A stretch of 64,000 nt of DNA, from NCBI GenBank assembly GCA_942491685.1, contig CALOBY010000004.1:425965-489964 (forward strand), read 5' to 3'. Below, piece by piece: positions 1 to 9,020 of the stretch (position 1 is the first letter of the stretch; each line of letters opens with the position of its first letter). The notes beneath the pieces are model-generated. The model worked only from the letters and a program-made list of their open reading frames with translations, ran no database searches and was not told the DNA's origin. The position numbers and the translations under genes are program-made. Origin of the DNA: an uncultured Nitrospirota bacterium (lineage in GTDB: Bacteria > Nitrospirota > Nitrospiria > Nitrospirales > UBA8639).

Positions 1-138
1 AGATATCATGGGTATTTCAAATATTTCCCCATATGGGCTTTGGGTATGTACCGGAATGTCAAAATGACGGGAGAAGCCAAGGCCGACCAATTGCGTAAAG
101 CTGCCCAAGCCTCGAGGCGCCAACGGAAATTGGGATAA
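1..138 (+). CDS. shc: Squalene-hopene cyclase, 3' end only (truncated by window edge)
   Basis: Frame 1 reads RYHGYFKYFPIWALGMYR...KLG*, matching the conserved SHC C-terminal motif (Y.YHGY.KYFP.WAL..Y). It lies directly upstream of hpnG and other hopanoid genes. Confidence 0.85.
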   Translation, partial: RYHGYFKYFPIWALGMYRNVKMTGEAKADQLRKAAQASRRQRKLG

Positions 139-192
139 CTCTTGCCTGCACCACGCACTTTTTCTTTAATGCCATGACGTCAGGAGCCGGTT

Positions 193-963
193 CTGAGCAG
201 AATCGCTATACTGACCGCAACGAGGATTGAATTCAATGCCGTTGCGCGGGCGCTCCCATTTTCTCACCAAGTTTCCCGACAGGGGTATCTTGCCGTTGAA
301 AGTCATGAGGGCGGCTTATATGTTCTCCTTATTCAATCAGGTATTGGCCCTGGAAAGGCTCGCGTAGGGGCTCAACAATTGCTTGCGGGGGCATCATGGG
401 ATGTCGTCATTTCTACTGGGTTTGCAGGGGATCTATGTTCGGGGCCTATTGGGTCTATACTTATTGGGTCTGAGGTACGGTATTGGCCGCCTCGGAGCCC
501 TAATATCGAATCCACATCTCCAGGAATTCTCTGTCATCCGGATTGGGTGAAGGCGGCGTTGAGGGTTGATTGGAGGGGGCAAGCGCGATTACGCACTGGA
601 CCGTTTGTGAGCGTGGATCATGTCCTCACGCATGCAAGGGACAAACAAGCGTTAGAGGAAAGCACTGGGGCAGTGGGGGTTGATATGGAAAGTGCGGCAA
701 TTGGGGAAGTGGTTCAGAGTAAGTCCCTTCCTTTTTTGATTATCAGGGCCATTTCTGATGGAGCCAATGAGGATTTGCCGGTAGATTTCAACCTCTTCCT
801 CAAGCCATCTGGATGGGCACCTGGGATCTTTCATATATTGACGACCCCACGATCCTGGAAAGGCTTCCTTGATCTCTATCGCCATTCGAAGGTTGCGTCA
901 GAACAACTGACTAAATATTTCGAGGGATTTTTTTCTGCAATTTCAACGAAAACGGCATCCTGA
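193..963 (+). CDS. hpnG: HpnG-like purine nucleoside phosphorylase / MTA-SAH nucleosidase family (hopanoid side-chain pathway)
   Basis: The frame is open from 178, after TGA at 175-177. It reads (L)SRIAILTATRIEF...QSGIGPGKA...ISTGFAG...GAVGVDMESAAI...IIRAISD, all PNP/UDP_1 motifs. A CTG start at 193 after AGGAG (182-186) is likely; the ORF track start at 379 is too late. Confidence 0.8.
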   Translation: MSRIAILTATRIEFNAVARALPFSHQVSRQGYLAVESHEGGLYVLLIQSGIGPGKARVGAQQLLAGASWDVVISTGFAGDLCSGPIGSILIGSEVRYWPPRSPNIESTSPGILCHPDWVKAALRVDWRGQARLRTGPFVSVDHVLTHARDKQALEESTGAVGVDMESAAIGEVVQSKSLPFLIIRAISDGANEDLPVDFNLFLKPSGWAPGIFHILTTPRSWKGFLDLYRHSKVASEQLTKYFEGFFSAISTKTAS

Positions 964-990
964 AATTCTGAAAGTGGCGGGTTGTACTTT

Positions 991-1758
991 ATGAACCTCA
1001 TTCAAGGCATTGGAGCGCGCGTCGTTGCCCAAATAGAAGAAATGGGTGCCATGCTCCTGTTTTTGGTGCGATCCTTTGGGTGGTTATTTCGTCCCCCATT
1101 GCGGGTGTTTCAGATTACAAAGCAAATGCATTTTGTGGGGTACAAATCAACATTTGTGGTTATTCTCACGGCGCTTTTTACGGGAATGGTGTTGGCTCTT
1201 CAGGGCTATTACTCTTTGAGAAAATTCGGGTCAGAAGGGCTGTTGGGTTCGGCTGTAGCATTAAGCATGATCCGGGAATTGGGTCCGGTCCTGGCTGCAT
1301 TGATGGTGACGGCGCGTGCCGGATCTGCAATGACGGCGGAGATCGGGATAATGCGCATTACCGAACAAATCGATGCGTTAGAAACTATGGCCATTAATTC
1401 CCTCCAATATCTTATTACGCCAAAGATCGTCGCCTCACTCATTTCTGTTCCCTTGTTGGTCGCTCTCTTTGATGTCGTGGGTATCGGCGGGGGGTACATG
1501 GTTGGAGTCAAGCTCTTAGGGGTCAGTGGCGGGTCGTATTGGAGTTCCATTGAATCCGCCGTAGAGTGGAGAGACGTGTATGGCGGCATTCTGAAATCAA
1601 TTAGTTTTGGCATAATCATCAGTTGGGTGTGTTGTTATAAGGGCTACTTTACGAAAATGAGTGCGGAAGGATTGGGGAAAGCCACAACTGAATCTGTGGT
1701 GTTGGCTTCTGTGCTCATTTTAGTGTGGGATTATTTTTTAACATCGGTTCTTTTATAA
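991..1758 (+). CDS. mlaE: MlaE-family ABC transporter permease
   Basis: RELGPVLAALMVTARAGSAMTAEIGIMRITEQIDALETM is the MlaE signature; multiple TM helices. Start is ATG 991 or TTG 982. Confidence 0.93.
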   Translation: MNLIQGIGARVVAQIEEMGAMLLFLVRSFGWLFRPPLRVFQITKQMHFVGYKSTFVVILTALFTGMVLALQGYYSLRKFGSEGLLGSAVALSMIRELGPVLAALMVTARAGSAMTAEIGIMRITEQIDALETMAINSLQYLITPKIVASLISVPLLVALFDVVGIGGGYMVGVKLLGVSGGSYWSSIESAVEWRDVYGGILKSISFGIIISWVCCYKGYFTKMSAEGLGKATTESVVLASVLILVWDYFLTSVLL

Positions 1759-1776
1759 AGGATAATCTGTCCAGGC

Positions 1777-2529
1777 ATGGGATCCTCTGCCATTATTCAA
1801 TTAAAGGGAGTTGAGAAAACACTTGGGGGGCAACCTGTTCTTCGAGGGGTGGATTTGGATATTCCCAAAGGGGATATCACCACGATTATTGGTCCCAGCG
1901 GTGAAGGGAAAAGTGTGTTGTTGAAACACATCATTGGATTGATGAGGCCGGATCGGGGACAAGTTCTCGTGGCAGGGGTTGATCTTGCCAAAATTCACGC
2001 CCAAGAATTGAATGAGGTTCGTAAGAAATTTGCGATGTTATTTCAGTCTGCAGCATTATTTGATTCCCTCAATGTGTTTGATAACGTCGCCTTCCCCCTG
2101 AGAGAGAAGCGGTTGGTGTCTGAAGGCGATATTCAACGATATGTGCCGGAGATGTTAGAGCGAGTGGGGTTAGGGAAGATGGGACACAAATTCCCATCTG
2201 AATTAAGTGGGGGAATGAAAAAACGAGCCGGTTTAGCTAGGGCTTTGGTTATAGGACCGGAAATTATTCTATTTGATGAGCCAACGACGGGTTTGGATCC
2301 CTTGATGGCCCATGCGATTCATGATCTTATTCTAGCGATGCATAAAGCCTTTGGATTTACGGCGATCATGGTGAGTCATGAAATTCCCAAAATCTTCCCC
2401 ATCTCGGATTGGGTCGCTATGCTTAAGAATGGTAGAATTTTGGCAATGGCGCGTTCTGCGGAATTTCAACGGCTGTCCGATCCTTTAGTCCAAGAATTCA
2501 TTTCAGTCCCGAATGCAACCATGATATGA
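1777..2529 (+). CDS. mlaF: MlaF-family ABC transporter ATP-binding protein
   Basis: Walker A GPSGEGKS, signature LSGGMKKR, Walker B ILFDEPTTGLDP; lies between mlaE and mlaD. Confidence 0.93.
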   Translation: MGSSAIIQLKGVEKTLGGQPVLRGVDLDIPKGDITTIIGPSGEGKSVLLKHIIGLMRPDRGQVLVAGVDLAKIHAQELNEVRKKFAMLFQSAALFDSLNVFDNVAFPLREKRLVSEGDIQRYVPEMLERVGLGKMGHKFPSELSGGMKKRAGLARALVIGPEIILFDEPTTGLDPLMAHAIHDLILAMHKAFGFTAIMVSHEIPKIFPISDWVAMLKNGRILAMARSAEFQRLSDPLVQEFISVPNATMI

Positions 2530-2613
2530 CACAGACAATGAGGCCTGTTGGATGGTTGACCTTTTTCCTAAGGAGTTCTCAATGAACAAACCATGTTCTT
2601 GCCAGGTGATGAT

Positions 2614-3060
2614 ATGATGGAACGCGGGAAATTGGAGTTTGTTGTAGGGGTCTTTGTGCTAGTCGGCATTGTTTGCTTAAGCTATTTGGCGATTAAGTTG
2701 GGGAAATTGGAACTGGTCGGTGGGGATTATTATGAACTGACTGCCGATTTTTCATCTAGTTCAGGGTTAAAAAAAGGGGCATCCGTTGAAATTGCCGGGG
2801 TCGAAGTCGGTCGGGTGAAGTCGATCGAACTGAAAGAAGATCAGGCGCAAGTGGTCTTGGCGATAGAAGATGGAATCACGGTGTATAATGATGCAATTGC
2901 CTCCATCAAAACTCGAGGGATCATCGGGGAAAAATTTATGGGGCTTTCCCCAGGAGGGGCTGGTGAGCCTCTCCCGAAGGGTGGAACGATTGTGGATACC
3001 GAATCTGGTATCGATTTAGAACAAGTCATTAGCCAATTTATTCATGGAAATGTGGAATAA
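2614..3060 (+). CDS. mlaD: MlaD / single-MCE-domain lipid transport protein
   Basis: N-terminal TM helix, then GLKKGASVEIAGVEVGRV and IKTRGIIGEKF (MCE motifs). Start could be 2593, 2614 or 2617. Confidence 0.92.
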   Translation: MMERGKLEFVVGVFVLVGIVCLSYLAIKLGKLELVGGDYYELTADFSSSSGLKKGASVEIAGVEVGRVKSIELKEDQAQVVLAIEDGITVYNDAIASIKTRGIIGEKFMGLSPGGAGEPLPKGGTIVDTESGIDLEQVISQFIHGNVE

Positions 3061-3076
3061 TGATCTTTAGGGGAAG

Positions 3077-3778
3077 GTGGGTGGAGGAGCTATGACTAGG
3101 ATTTTGTCTTTGTTGCCTAAGATAGGTAACCGTAATCGGTTCCGTAGGGGCTACTTGATGAGACAAGTTCAACCCCGAATATTTGTAGCAGTGTTAGCGT
3201 GGGTTGTGCTTTTGCCTTTGGCGTATGCTCCAGCTGGGGCTGAAGGAACCCCAACGCAGGCTGTAAAAGAGACGATTGATGAGGTGATTGCTGTGTTAGG
3301 AGATGCGGCGTTGAAAGATGCCGCACGGGAAACGGAGCGCCGTGGGAAATTAGAAGCCATTATTGGAAAACGTTTCGATTATGAGGAAATGGCCAAGCGC
3401 ACATTGGCCTCAGAATGGAAAAAAATTAATACCGACCAACAACAAGAATTTGTGGCCCTGTTTCAACAGTTTTTATCGCGGTCTTATGCGGGGAACATTG
3501 ATGGCTATTCGGGAGAACAGGTGGAGTATCTGAAGGAGCGTTTGAAGGGGGATTTTGCGGAAGTTCAAACAAAGGTCGTGTCTCCGAAAGTTCAAATCCC
3601 CTTGGATTACCGGCTGCTCAAAAAAAACGAAAAATGGGGCGTGTATGATGTGATTATTGACGGTGTGAGTTTGACCAAAAATTATCGAGGGCAATTTTCA
3701 CGAATCATCAAATCTTCTTCCTTCGACGGATTACTCGACAAGCTTCGCTCGAAGACTGACTTGGCCGCCTCTTCGTAG
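3077..3778 (+). CDS. mlaC: MlaC/Ttg2D/HpnM-family periplasmic lipid-binding protein
   Basis: FDYEEMAKRTLA..W, YDVIIDGVSLTKNYRGQF (MlaC family) and a signal-like N-terminus. The true start is uncertain. Confidence 0.88.
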   Translation: MGGGAMTRILSLLPKIGNRNRFRRGYLMRQVQPRIFVAVLAWVVLLPLAYAPAGAEGTPTQAVKETIDEVIAVLGDAALKDAARETERRGKLEAIIGKRFDYEEMAKRTLASEWKKINTDQQQEFVALFQQFLSRSYAGNIDGYSGEQVEYLKERLKGDFAEVQTKVVSPKVQIPLDYRLLKKNEKWGVYDVIIDGVSLTKNYRGQFSRIIKSSSFDGLLDKLRSKTDLAASS

Positions 3779-3790
3779 GGAGCCGGCTCA

Positions 3791-4999
3791 ATGGGGTCAT
3801 TCCGTGTGTCGTCCCTGACAGCGTTCATCTGTCTGGTCGTAGCCGCAAGTTTCCTTCCTTCCTCCGCCCGGGCTGAAAAATCCTTCTTCGTGGTACCTGC
3901 CATTTCGACTTCAAAAAATGATGGGCGAGATTTTGGGCTTATTATGCCGGTATTGGATTCAGATGAAGAAGGGAATCTTCGTTCGGTCTTCGCACCCATG
4001 GTGATTCATAATTCGTTTCTAGGGGTTCGCGGGACGCTCAACTATTATCAATACTGGTCAGGCGGAAGGCAAATGGAGGCCATGGGTTCGTACACGGAGG
4101 AGATTGAACGAAAGCTCAAATTCCGTTACCAGGATCCTGGTTTTATTGAGGGACTGTTTTTTGTCGATATTGGAGCCCAATTTTTTAAAAATGCCACAAA
4201 GCGGTTTTTTGGTCTTGGGCAAGTGACACCGGAATCGAATGAAAGCAATTATACGGGGCGGGAAATTCAGGTCCATTGGAATTTCGGGGTTCATCTCAAC
4301 GATGTGACGCGATTGTCGGTGAATCAGCGATTTCGTGATGTGGAAATTCAGCCGGGTGGAGTAGATGATGAACCCTATTCAAAAGATCAGTTCTCTTCAA
4401 TTGCTGGAATTGACGGAGCGACGATCCTCGCCCATCGATTGGTCTTTCACTATGATTCCCGTGACAATCTTACCACTCCAACAGCGGGGGCTCGGATTGA
4501 AGGGTTTGCTGAGTTGGCGCAAAATTTTGATCGACGACAAATCGATGATCAGCTGTATTTTCGATACGGTATTGATGTTCGGCAGTTTTTTCCGAGTCCG
4601 TCCAAGCGATATATTTTCCTCATCCGAGGGCGCTTGGAATTAAGCTTCGGGGATGGGATCCCATTTTTTGAACAAAGTTCATTAGGTGGCGAGAATAACC
4701 TTCGTGGATACGGGCGGGACCGGTTCATTGATAAACATATGGTGGTGGTCAATATTGAAGAGCGTATTCACTTGTTTCACATCAACATGTTCAACGTGAA
4801 TGTGGAATTTGAAGTGGCACCATTTGTGGATATGGGTCGAACGTACCGTGATTTCTCTTACAGGCAATTTAATGAGTGGGAAATCTCACCTGGAGTAGGA
4901 TTTCGAGGGATTGTACGCCCTAATTTAATTGCCCGGGTCGATTGGGGATACAGTCGAGAGGGTGGAGCCGTCTTTGCGGGCCTGGATTATCCGTTTTAG
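3791..4999 (+). CDS. Omp85/BamA-TamA-family outer-membrane beta-barrel without recognisable POTRA domains
   Basis: Signal peptide (..PSSARA|EK), LRGYGRDRF loop-6 motif (VRGF/Y-like) and C-terminal beta-signal GLDYPF. At 402 aa it is essentially barrel only. Confidence 0.75.
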   Translation: MGSFRVSSLTAFICLVVAASFLPSSARAEKSFFVVPAISTSKNDGRDFGLIMPVLDSDEEGNLRSVFAPMVIHNSFLGVRGTLNYYQYWSGGRQMEAMGSYTEEIERKLKFRYQDPGFIEGLFFVDIGAQFFKNATKRFFGLGQVTPESNESNYTGREIQVHWNFGVHLNDVTRLSVNQRFRDVEIQPGGVDDEPYSKDQFSSIAGIDGATILAHRLVFHYDSRDNLTTPTAGARIEGFAELAQNFDRRQIDDQLYFRYGIDVRQFFPSPSKRYIFLIRGRLELSFGDGIPFFEQSSLGGENNLRGYGRDRFIDKHMVVVNIEERIHLFHINMFNVNVEFEVAPFVDMGRTYRDFSYRQFNEWEISPGVGFRGIVRPNLIARVDWGYSREGGAVFAGLDYPF

Positions 5000-5002
5000 G
5001 TA

Positions 5003-5776
5003 TTGGCAAAAGGGGAAATATTGTTGGGCTCAAAGAGGAGTAGGCATCTGATCTTCTGCTTTTCTCTGATTGTGTTCATTTTTGTTTCTTCTCTTGAGGG
5101 TTTGGGTACGCCAATTCATGAATCGGAATCTCCTCAGAGTTTAGAGAAAGAACTCCAGGCCTTACTAGCACCTGATCGTCAGGAACCTCACGATCCAGCG
5201 ATGTGGTTGAGGCTGGCCAGTATATATCTAGATCTTGGGTATGGGCTGTATGTCGGCCGTGAAAAGAAATTACACGCATTTCAGGAAGGCGCTCATTGGG
5301 CCAAGAAAGCGTTAGAGCAACAAGAGTCTTCAGCTGAACCCCATTTTCTATATGCGGCCAATCTGGGGAAGGCTGTTCAGATACAAGGCGTTCTAGCTGC
5401 CGCTCTCGCCCTGTCAGACTTACGATTTCATGTCAATCGAATATTGGTGTTGGATGAGCGCCATGCACCAGCGCATCACATTTTAGGGCGAATGTATGAG
5501 GAACTGCCCTGGTTTTTGGGTGGTGATTCCCAATTGGCTGGCCGGTACCTCAAGAGGGCCATCGCACTGGATACTCACTATGTTCCTGCTCGATTGGATC
5601 TGGGAAGGTGGTATTTGCGTCATGGACATGTTGAAGAGGCAGCAAAGGAATTCTTGAGTGTTCTGAGTACCCCGCCCCTCAAGAAGCAATGGATTTGGGA
5701 GCGAATTCATCGACCGCAAGCGGAAATGTTGCTGCAGCAGATTCGAGTTGGTGAATCTTCCCGCCCTGCCGAGTGA
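5003..5776 (+). CDS. Tetratricopeptide-repeat protein with N-terminal hydrophobic anchor
   Basis: Helical TPR-like repeats (AHHILGRMYEELP, ARLDLGRWYL) and a TM/signal segment. The start is uncertain. Confidence 0.65.
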   Translation: MAKGEILLGSKRSRHLIFCFSLIVFIFVSSLEGLGTPIHESESPQSLEKELQALLAPDRQEPHDPAMWLRLASIYLDLGYGLYVGREKKLHAFQEGAHWAKKALEQQESSAEPHFLYAANLGKAVQIQGVLAAALALSDLRFHVNRILVLDERHAPAHHILGRMYEELPWFLGGDSQLAGRYLKRAIALDTHYVPARLDLGRWYLRHGHVEEAAKEFLSVLSTPPLKKQWIWERIHRPQAEMLLQQIRVGESSRPAE

Positions 5777-6241
5777 ACGGAAGCCCCCATCATTAGGCCG
5801 ATTCTACAATTTCCTATTCCCAAGAAGTGGTCCTCGAAATTTGTTGAGGGATTTTGTATTTCAAATCCTCTCTCAAAAAGGGCTCGTGATTACAAGACCT
5901 CCCTTCCTCTAACAGTGAAGGCTTGGTATTGTTTGAGGTTGGAATTTCCATTAGCTGTCTGGCCCGCCCGGTTCCCTCTCACGCTGTGCGCCATTGATGG
6001 TGAAATCTTTTTGGTTCGTCAGGAAGATTGTGAGGACCCTTCATGGTACATCATGCTTCGGGCAACTTGTGCCCAAAAATGAACGTTAGTTCCGGTGTGG
6101 GTTTTCATTGAAGCTACTGTATGAACGGAGCATGGTAAAAGCCACGAGGTGGGAAGCCAACATGGTGTCGATGGATAGGAATTCCAGCAAAGATGTAGAG
6201 CTACGGTCTAGTTTATATCCTGAATACCAATAAATAATAAG

Positions 6242-8905
6242 ATGTCATTTTTTTCTTTCCATTGGTTCTCTGCGGTTCTTGGTCGCGTGGCGGACGTAGT
6301 AAAACGTAAGGCGTGGTGGGTTGTCACAATGGCCGCAATCGCCACTGGTATTTCTTTTTTGTTTGCTTTCGTGTATTTGGGAATCAATACCAACACCACG
6401 GAAATGCTTGCGGCTGATGTCCCAATTCAAGAGGCTAGCGAGCATTATAAAAAGATTTTCCCCCAGAATACGGATTCCATTCTTCTTGTTGTCGAGGCCA
6501 GTACCCCGGAGATGGCGCACGCGGCCGTCACAGCGCTCGATGGAAGATTGAGAAAAGAGGAGGAGTACATTAAGTCGGTGTACACCCCTTTCGGGGGGGA
6601 ATTTTTTGAAAAGCATGCCCTTTTGTATCTTGATCTTTTTGAACTTGAAGAATTGTCGAAAGTCGCATCAATGTTCAAGCCGCAGATCCAAACATTTATG
6701 CAGGACCGCACGATTTATGGGCTGTTTTCGATGTTAAGTGATCGTGAGCCTCAATTTGATTGGGTGAAGGAGCCGCTCCTGAACTCTCTTTTTAAAAGGA
6801 TGGCCGAAGGCATCCAAGCGAGTTTGATGGGGGTAGATTATGTTCTGGCGTGGCATTCAGTCATGCTGAAATTGGAGGCGCATGAATTTCCAATACGAAG
6901 ATTTGTTTTTCTTCAACCCCACTTGGATTACACAAAAATGCTTCCTGCCGAAACGGCCCTTCGGGTAATACGCCGTGTGATTCAAGAGTCGGGTCTCTCT
7001 GCCATTCCAGGAGTTCGTATTCGAGTTACCGGTGAAGTGGCGCTAGCACATGAAGAATTGTCAGTTGTCGGTCAACGTGCCGGAATTGCGGCCATTCTTT
7101 CGCTTATCATGGTTTGTGGCACTCTGACTCTGGCTTTTCATTCCTGGCGGTTTATGGTCGTCACGTTGCTCACATTACTCGTGGGGTTATCGCTCAGCGC
7201 GGCATTTGCGACGGCTGCTGTGGGCCAACTTAATATTCTGTCTATGGCAGTGGCGGTTCTGTTTATCGGCCTTGCCGTAGACTATGCCATTCATTTGTGT
7301 CTCCGGTACCAGGAGCTTGTGGGATTAGGAAGCGAACCCTTTGATGCAATGAAAAGGAGTCTCCAGGAGGTAGGCCCGGCCCTCATGTTATGTGCGTTGA
7401 CTACCGGATTGGGTTTTTATTCTTTTGTTCCGACCAACTATACAGGCATGTCGGAATTGGGGTTGATTTCAGGCACGAGTATGTTCATTGGTTTGGTGGT
7501 GACTCTTACCGTGTTACCGGCAATTTTGTGGACATTTCCCTCCTTGAAGAAAGATTGCTGTCCCCCTTCTACTCATCAGGGGTGGAAGGCTCTCTATCAA
7601 TTTCCTATTCGTCATGGCCAGGCCATTCGGTGGGGAACTGTGGTGGTTTTTTTTGGCGCCGTGTTTTTGCTTCCCCAGGCTTCCTTTGATTGGAATCCTC
7701 ACAATATACGCGATCCACATGTTGAATCAGTTCAAACGATGGACGATCTTCTCGAGGACTCAAAAGGAGGGGCGTGGTCCCTTACCCTCTTATCTACTGT
7801 GGATCAGGTCGCTGAGTCTGTGTCCAGGCTCGGTGCTTTGGAGTCGGTTGAAAAGGTGGTGACGATTGATGATTTCATTCCTTCTCAACAATTCGAAAAA
7901 TTATTCGTGCTCGCCGGCCTTGCTGATGGAATGTTCCCCCAGCAATCAGGTTCGGTCCCCACATCTTCTGATACTGGAGTTGAGGCAACTTTTTCAGCGA
8001 TACAATCTTTTTTGGCCGTTTTAGAAAAGCGTATTCAAATGTTGGGATTGAGTGATCGAGAGAGTGTGCCCATCCAGCTACAAGATGTGATGAGAAATTT
8101 TATCGCGAAGTTCAACACCATCGATCATGATGCGAAGAAGGATCTTTTGGCACGGCTGGATAAGAGTTTGTTGGGTTCATTACCGACCGATCCCTTAACG
8201 ATGTACTCCATGACGATGTCGACAGGTCTCATCACACAAAAAAAATTGCCAAAGGATTTGCTCGAACGCTGGGTGGGAAAAGAGGGAGCCTACCGGCTGG
8301 AAGTGTACCCCAAAAAAGACCTGAGGAATGTTTCGGCCTTGGAGCAGTTTGTCAAGGAAGTTCGCAGCATTGCCCCGGGAGTGACGGGATTGCCGGCTAT
8401 CTATTTAGATGGAGGTAATGAGGTGGCCGGGGCGTTCCAACAAGCATTTATTTCAGCATTGCTGGTGATCCTCGTCATCCTGGCTATTGTCCTTCGAAAT
8501 ATCTGGGATATTCTTTTCGTGATCCTTCCGTTGAGTCTGGCCGCGCTTTGTCTGGTAGGGTATACGGTTATTTTCGATATGCCCTTTAACTATGCCAATG
8601 TCATTGCTCTCCCGTTAATTTTCGGTCTGGGCGCAGATAGTGGGATTCATATTGTGGAACGAATGCGGAGGAGTCCGGCCGCATGTGAAGCCTTTTTAAG
8701 GTCGGGGACTATTCGAGGTGTGTTCTTTAGTAGTGTGACGACCATGCTCAGTTTCAGTAATTTGGCCTATACCTCACATGTGGGCATTGCTAGTATGGGG
8801 CAATTATTAAGCCTGGGCATCTTATTGACATTAATCGGCTGCTTAGTCGTCTTGCCAGCTTTTCTCTATCGTAGAAATGAAAAAGTACATGATGAGGCGA
8901 CCTAG
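6242..8905 (+). CDS. hpnN: HpnN-like MMPL/RND hopanoid transporter
   Basis: Two MMPL halves with GLAVDYAIH and GLGADSGIHIVER motifs, 887 aa, inside the hopanoid cluster. Confidence 0.88.
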   Translation: MSFFSFHWFSAVLGRVADVVKRKAWWVVTMAAIATGISFLFAFVYLGINTNTTEMLAADVPIQEASEHYKKIFPQNTDSILLVVEASTPEMAHAAVTALDGRLRKEEEYIKSVYTPFGGEFFEKHALLYLDLFELEELSKVASMFKPQIQTFMQDRTIYGLFSMLSDREPQFDWVKEPLLNSLFKRMAEGIQASLMGVDYVLAWHSVMLKLEAHEFPIRRFVFLQPHLDYTKMLPAETALRVIRRVIQESGLSAIPGVRIRVTGEVALAHEELSVVGQRAGIAAILSLIMVCGTLTLAFHSWRFMVVTLLTLLVGLSLSAAFATAAVGQLNILSMAVAVLFIGLAVDYAIHLCLRYQELVGLGSEPFDAMKRSLQEVGPALMLCALTTGLGFYSFVPTNYTGMSELGLISGTSMFIGLVVTLTVLPAILWTFPSLKKDCCPPSTHQGWKALYQFPIRHGQAIRWGTVVVFFGAVFLLPQASFDWNPHNIRDPHVESVQTMDDLLEDSKGGAWSLTLLSTVDQVAESVSRLGALESVEKVVTIDDFIPSQQFEKLFVLAGLADGMFPQQSGSVPTSSDTGVEATFSAIQSFLAVLEKRIQMLGLSDRESVPIQLQDVMRNFIAKFNTIDHDAKKDLLARLDKSLLGSLPTDPLTMYSMTMSTGLITQKKLPKDLLERWVGKEGAYRLEVYPKKDLRNVSALEQFVKEVRSIAPGVTGLPAIYLDGGNEVAGAFQQAFISALLVILVILAIVLRNIWDILFVILPLSLAALCLVGYTVIFDMPFNYANVIALPLIFGLGADSGIHIVERMRRSPAACEAFLRSGTIRGVFFSSVTTMLSFSNLAYTSHVGIASMGQLLSLGILLTLIGCLVVLPAFLYRRNEKVHDEAT

Positions 8906-9020
8906 CGAGTCATGTGCTGAAACAGACAGATCCTGAGGGTTATCGGGTATGCCATGCCTGGCATGAAGCTCCAGGGTATGGTAAATTTCAAGTCCCCCCT
9001 CTGATAAGAAAGAGACTTTT

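Noticed and set aside
5777-6241. Possible cobalamin riboswitch or ncRNA in the long intergenic gap upstream of hpnN/hpnP
   Set aside because: I could not find the B12-box or other conserved riboswitch motifs by eye; an Infernal/Rfam scan would be decisive.
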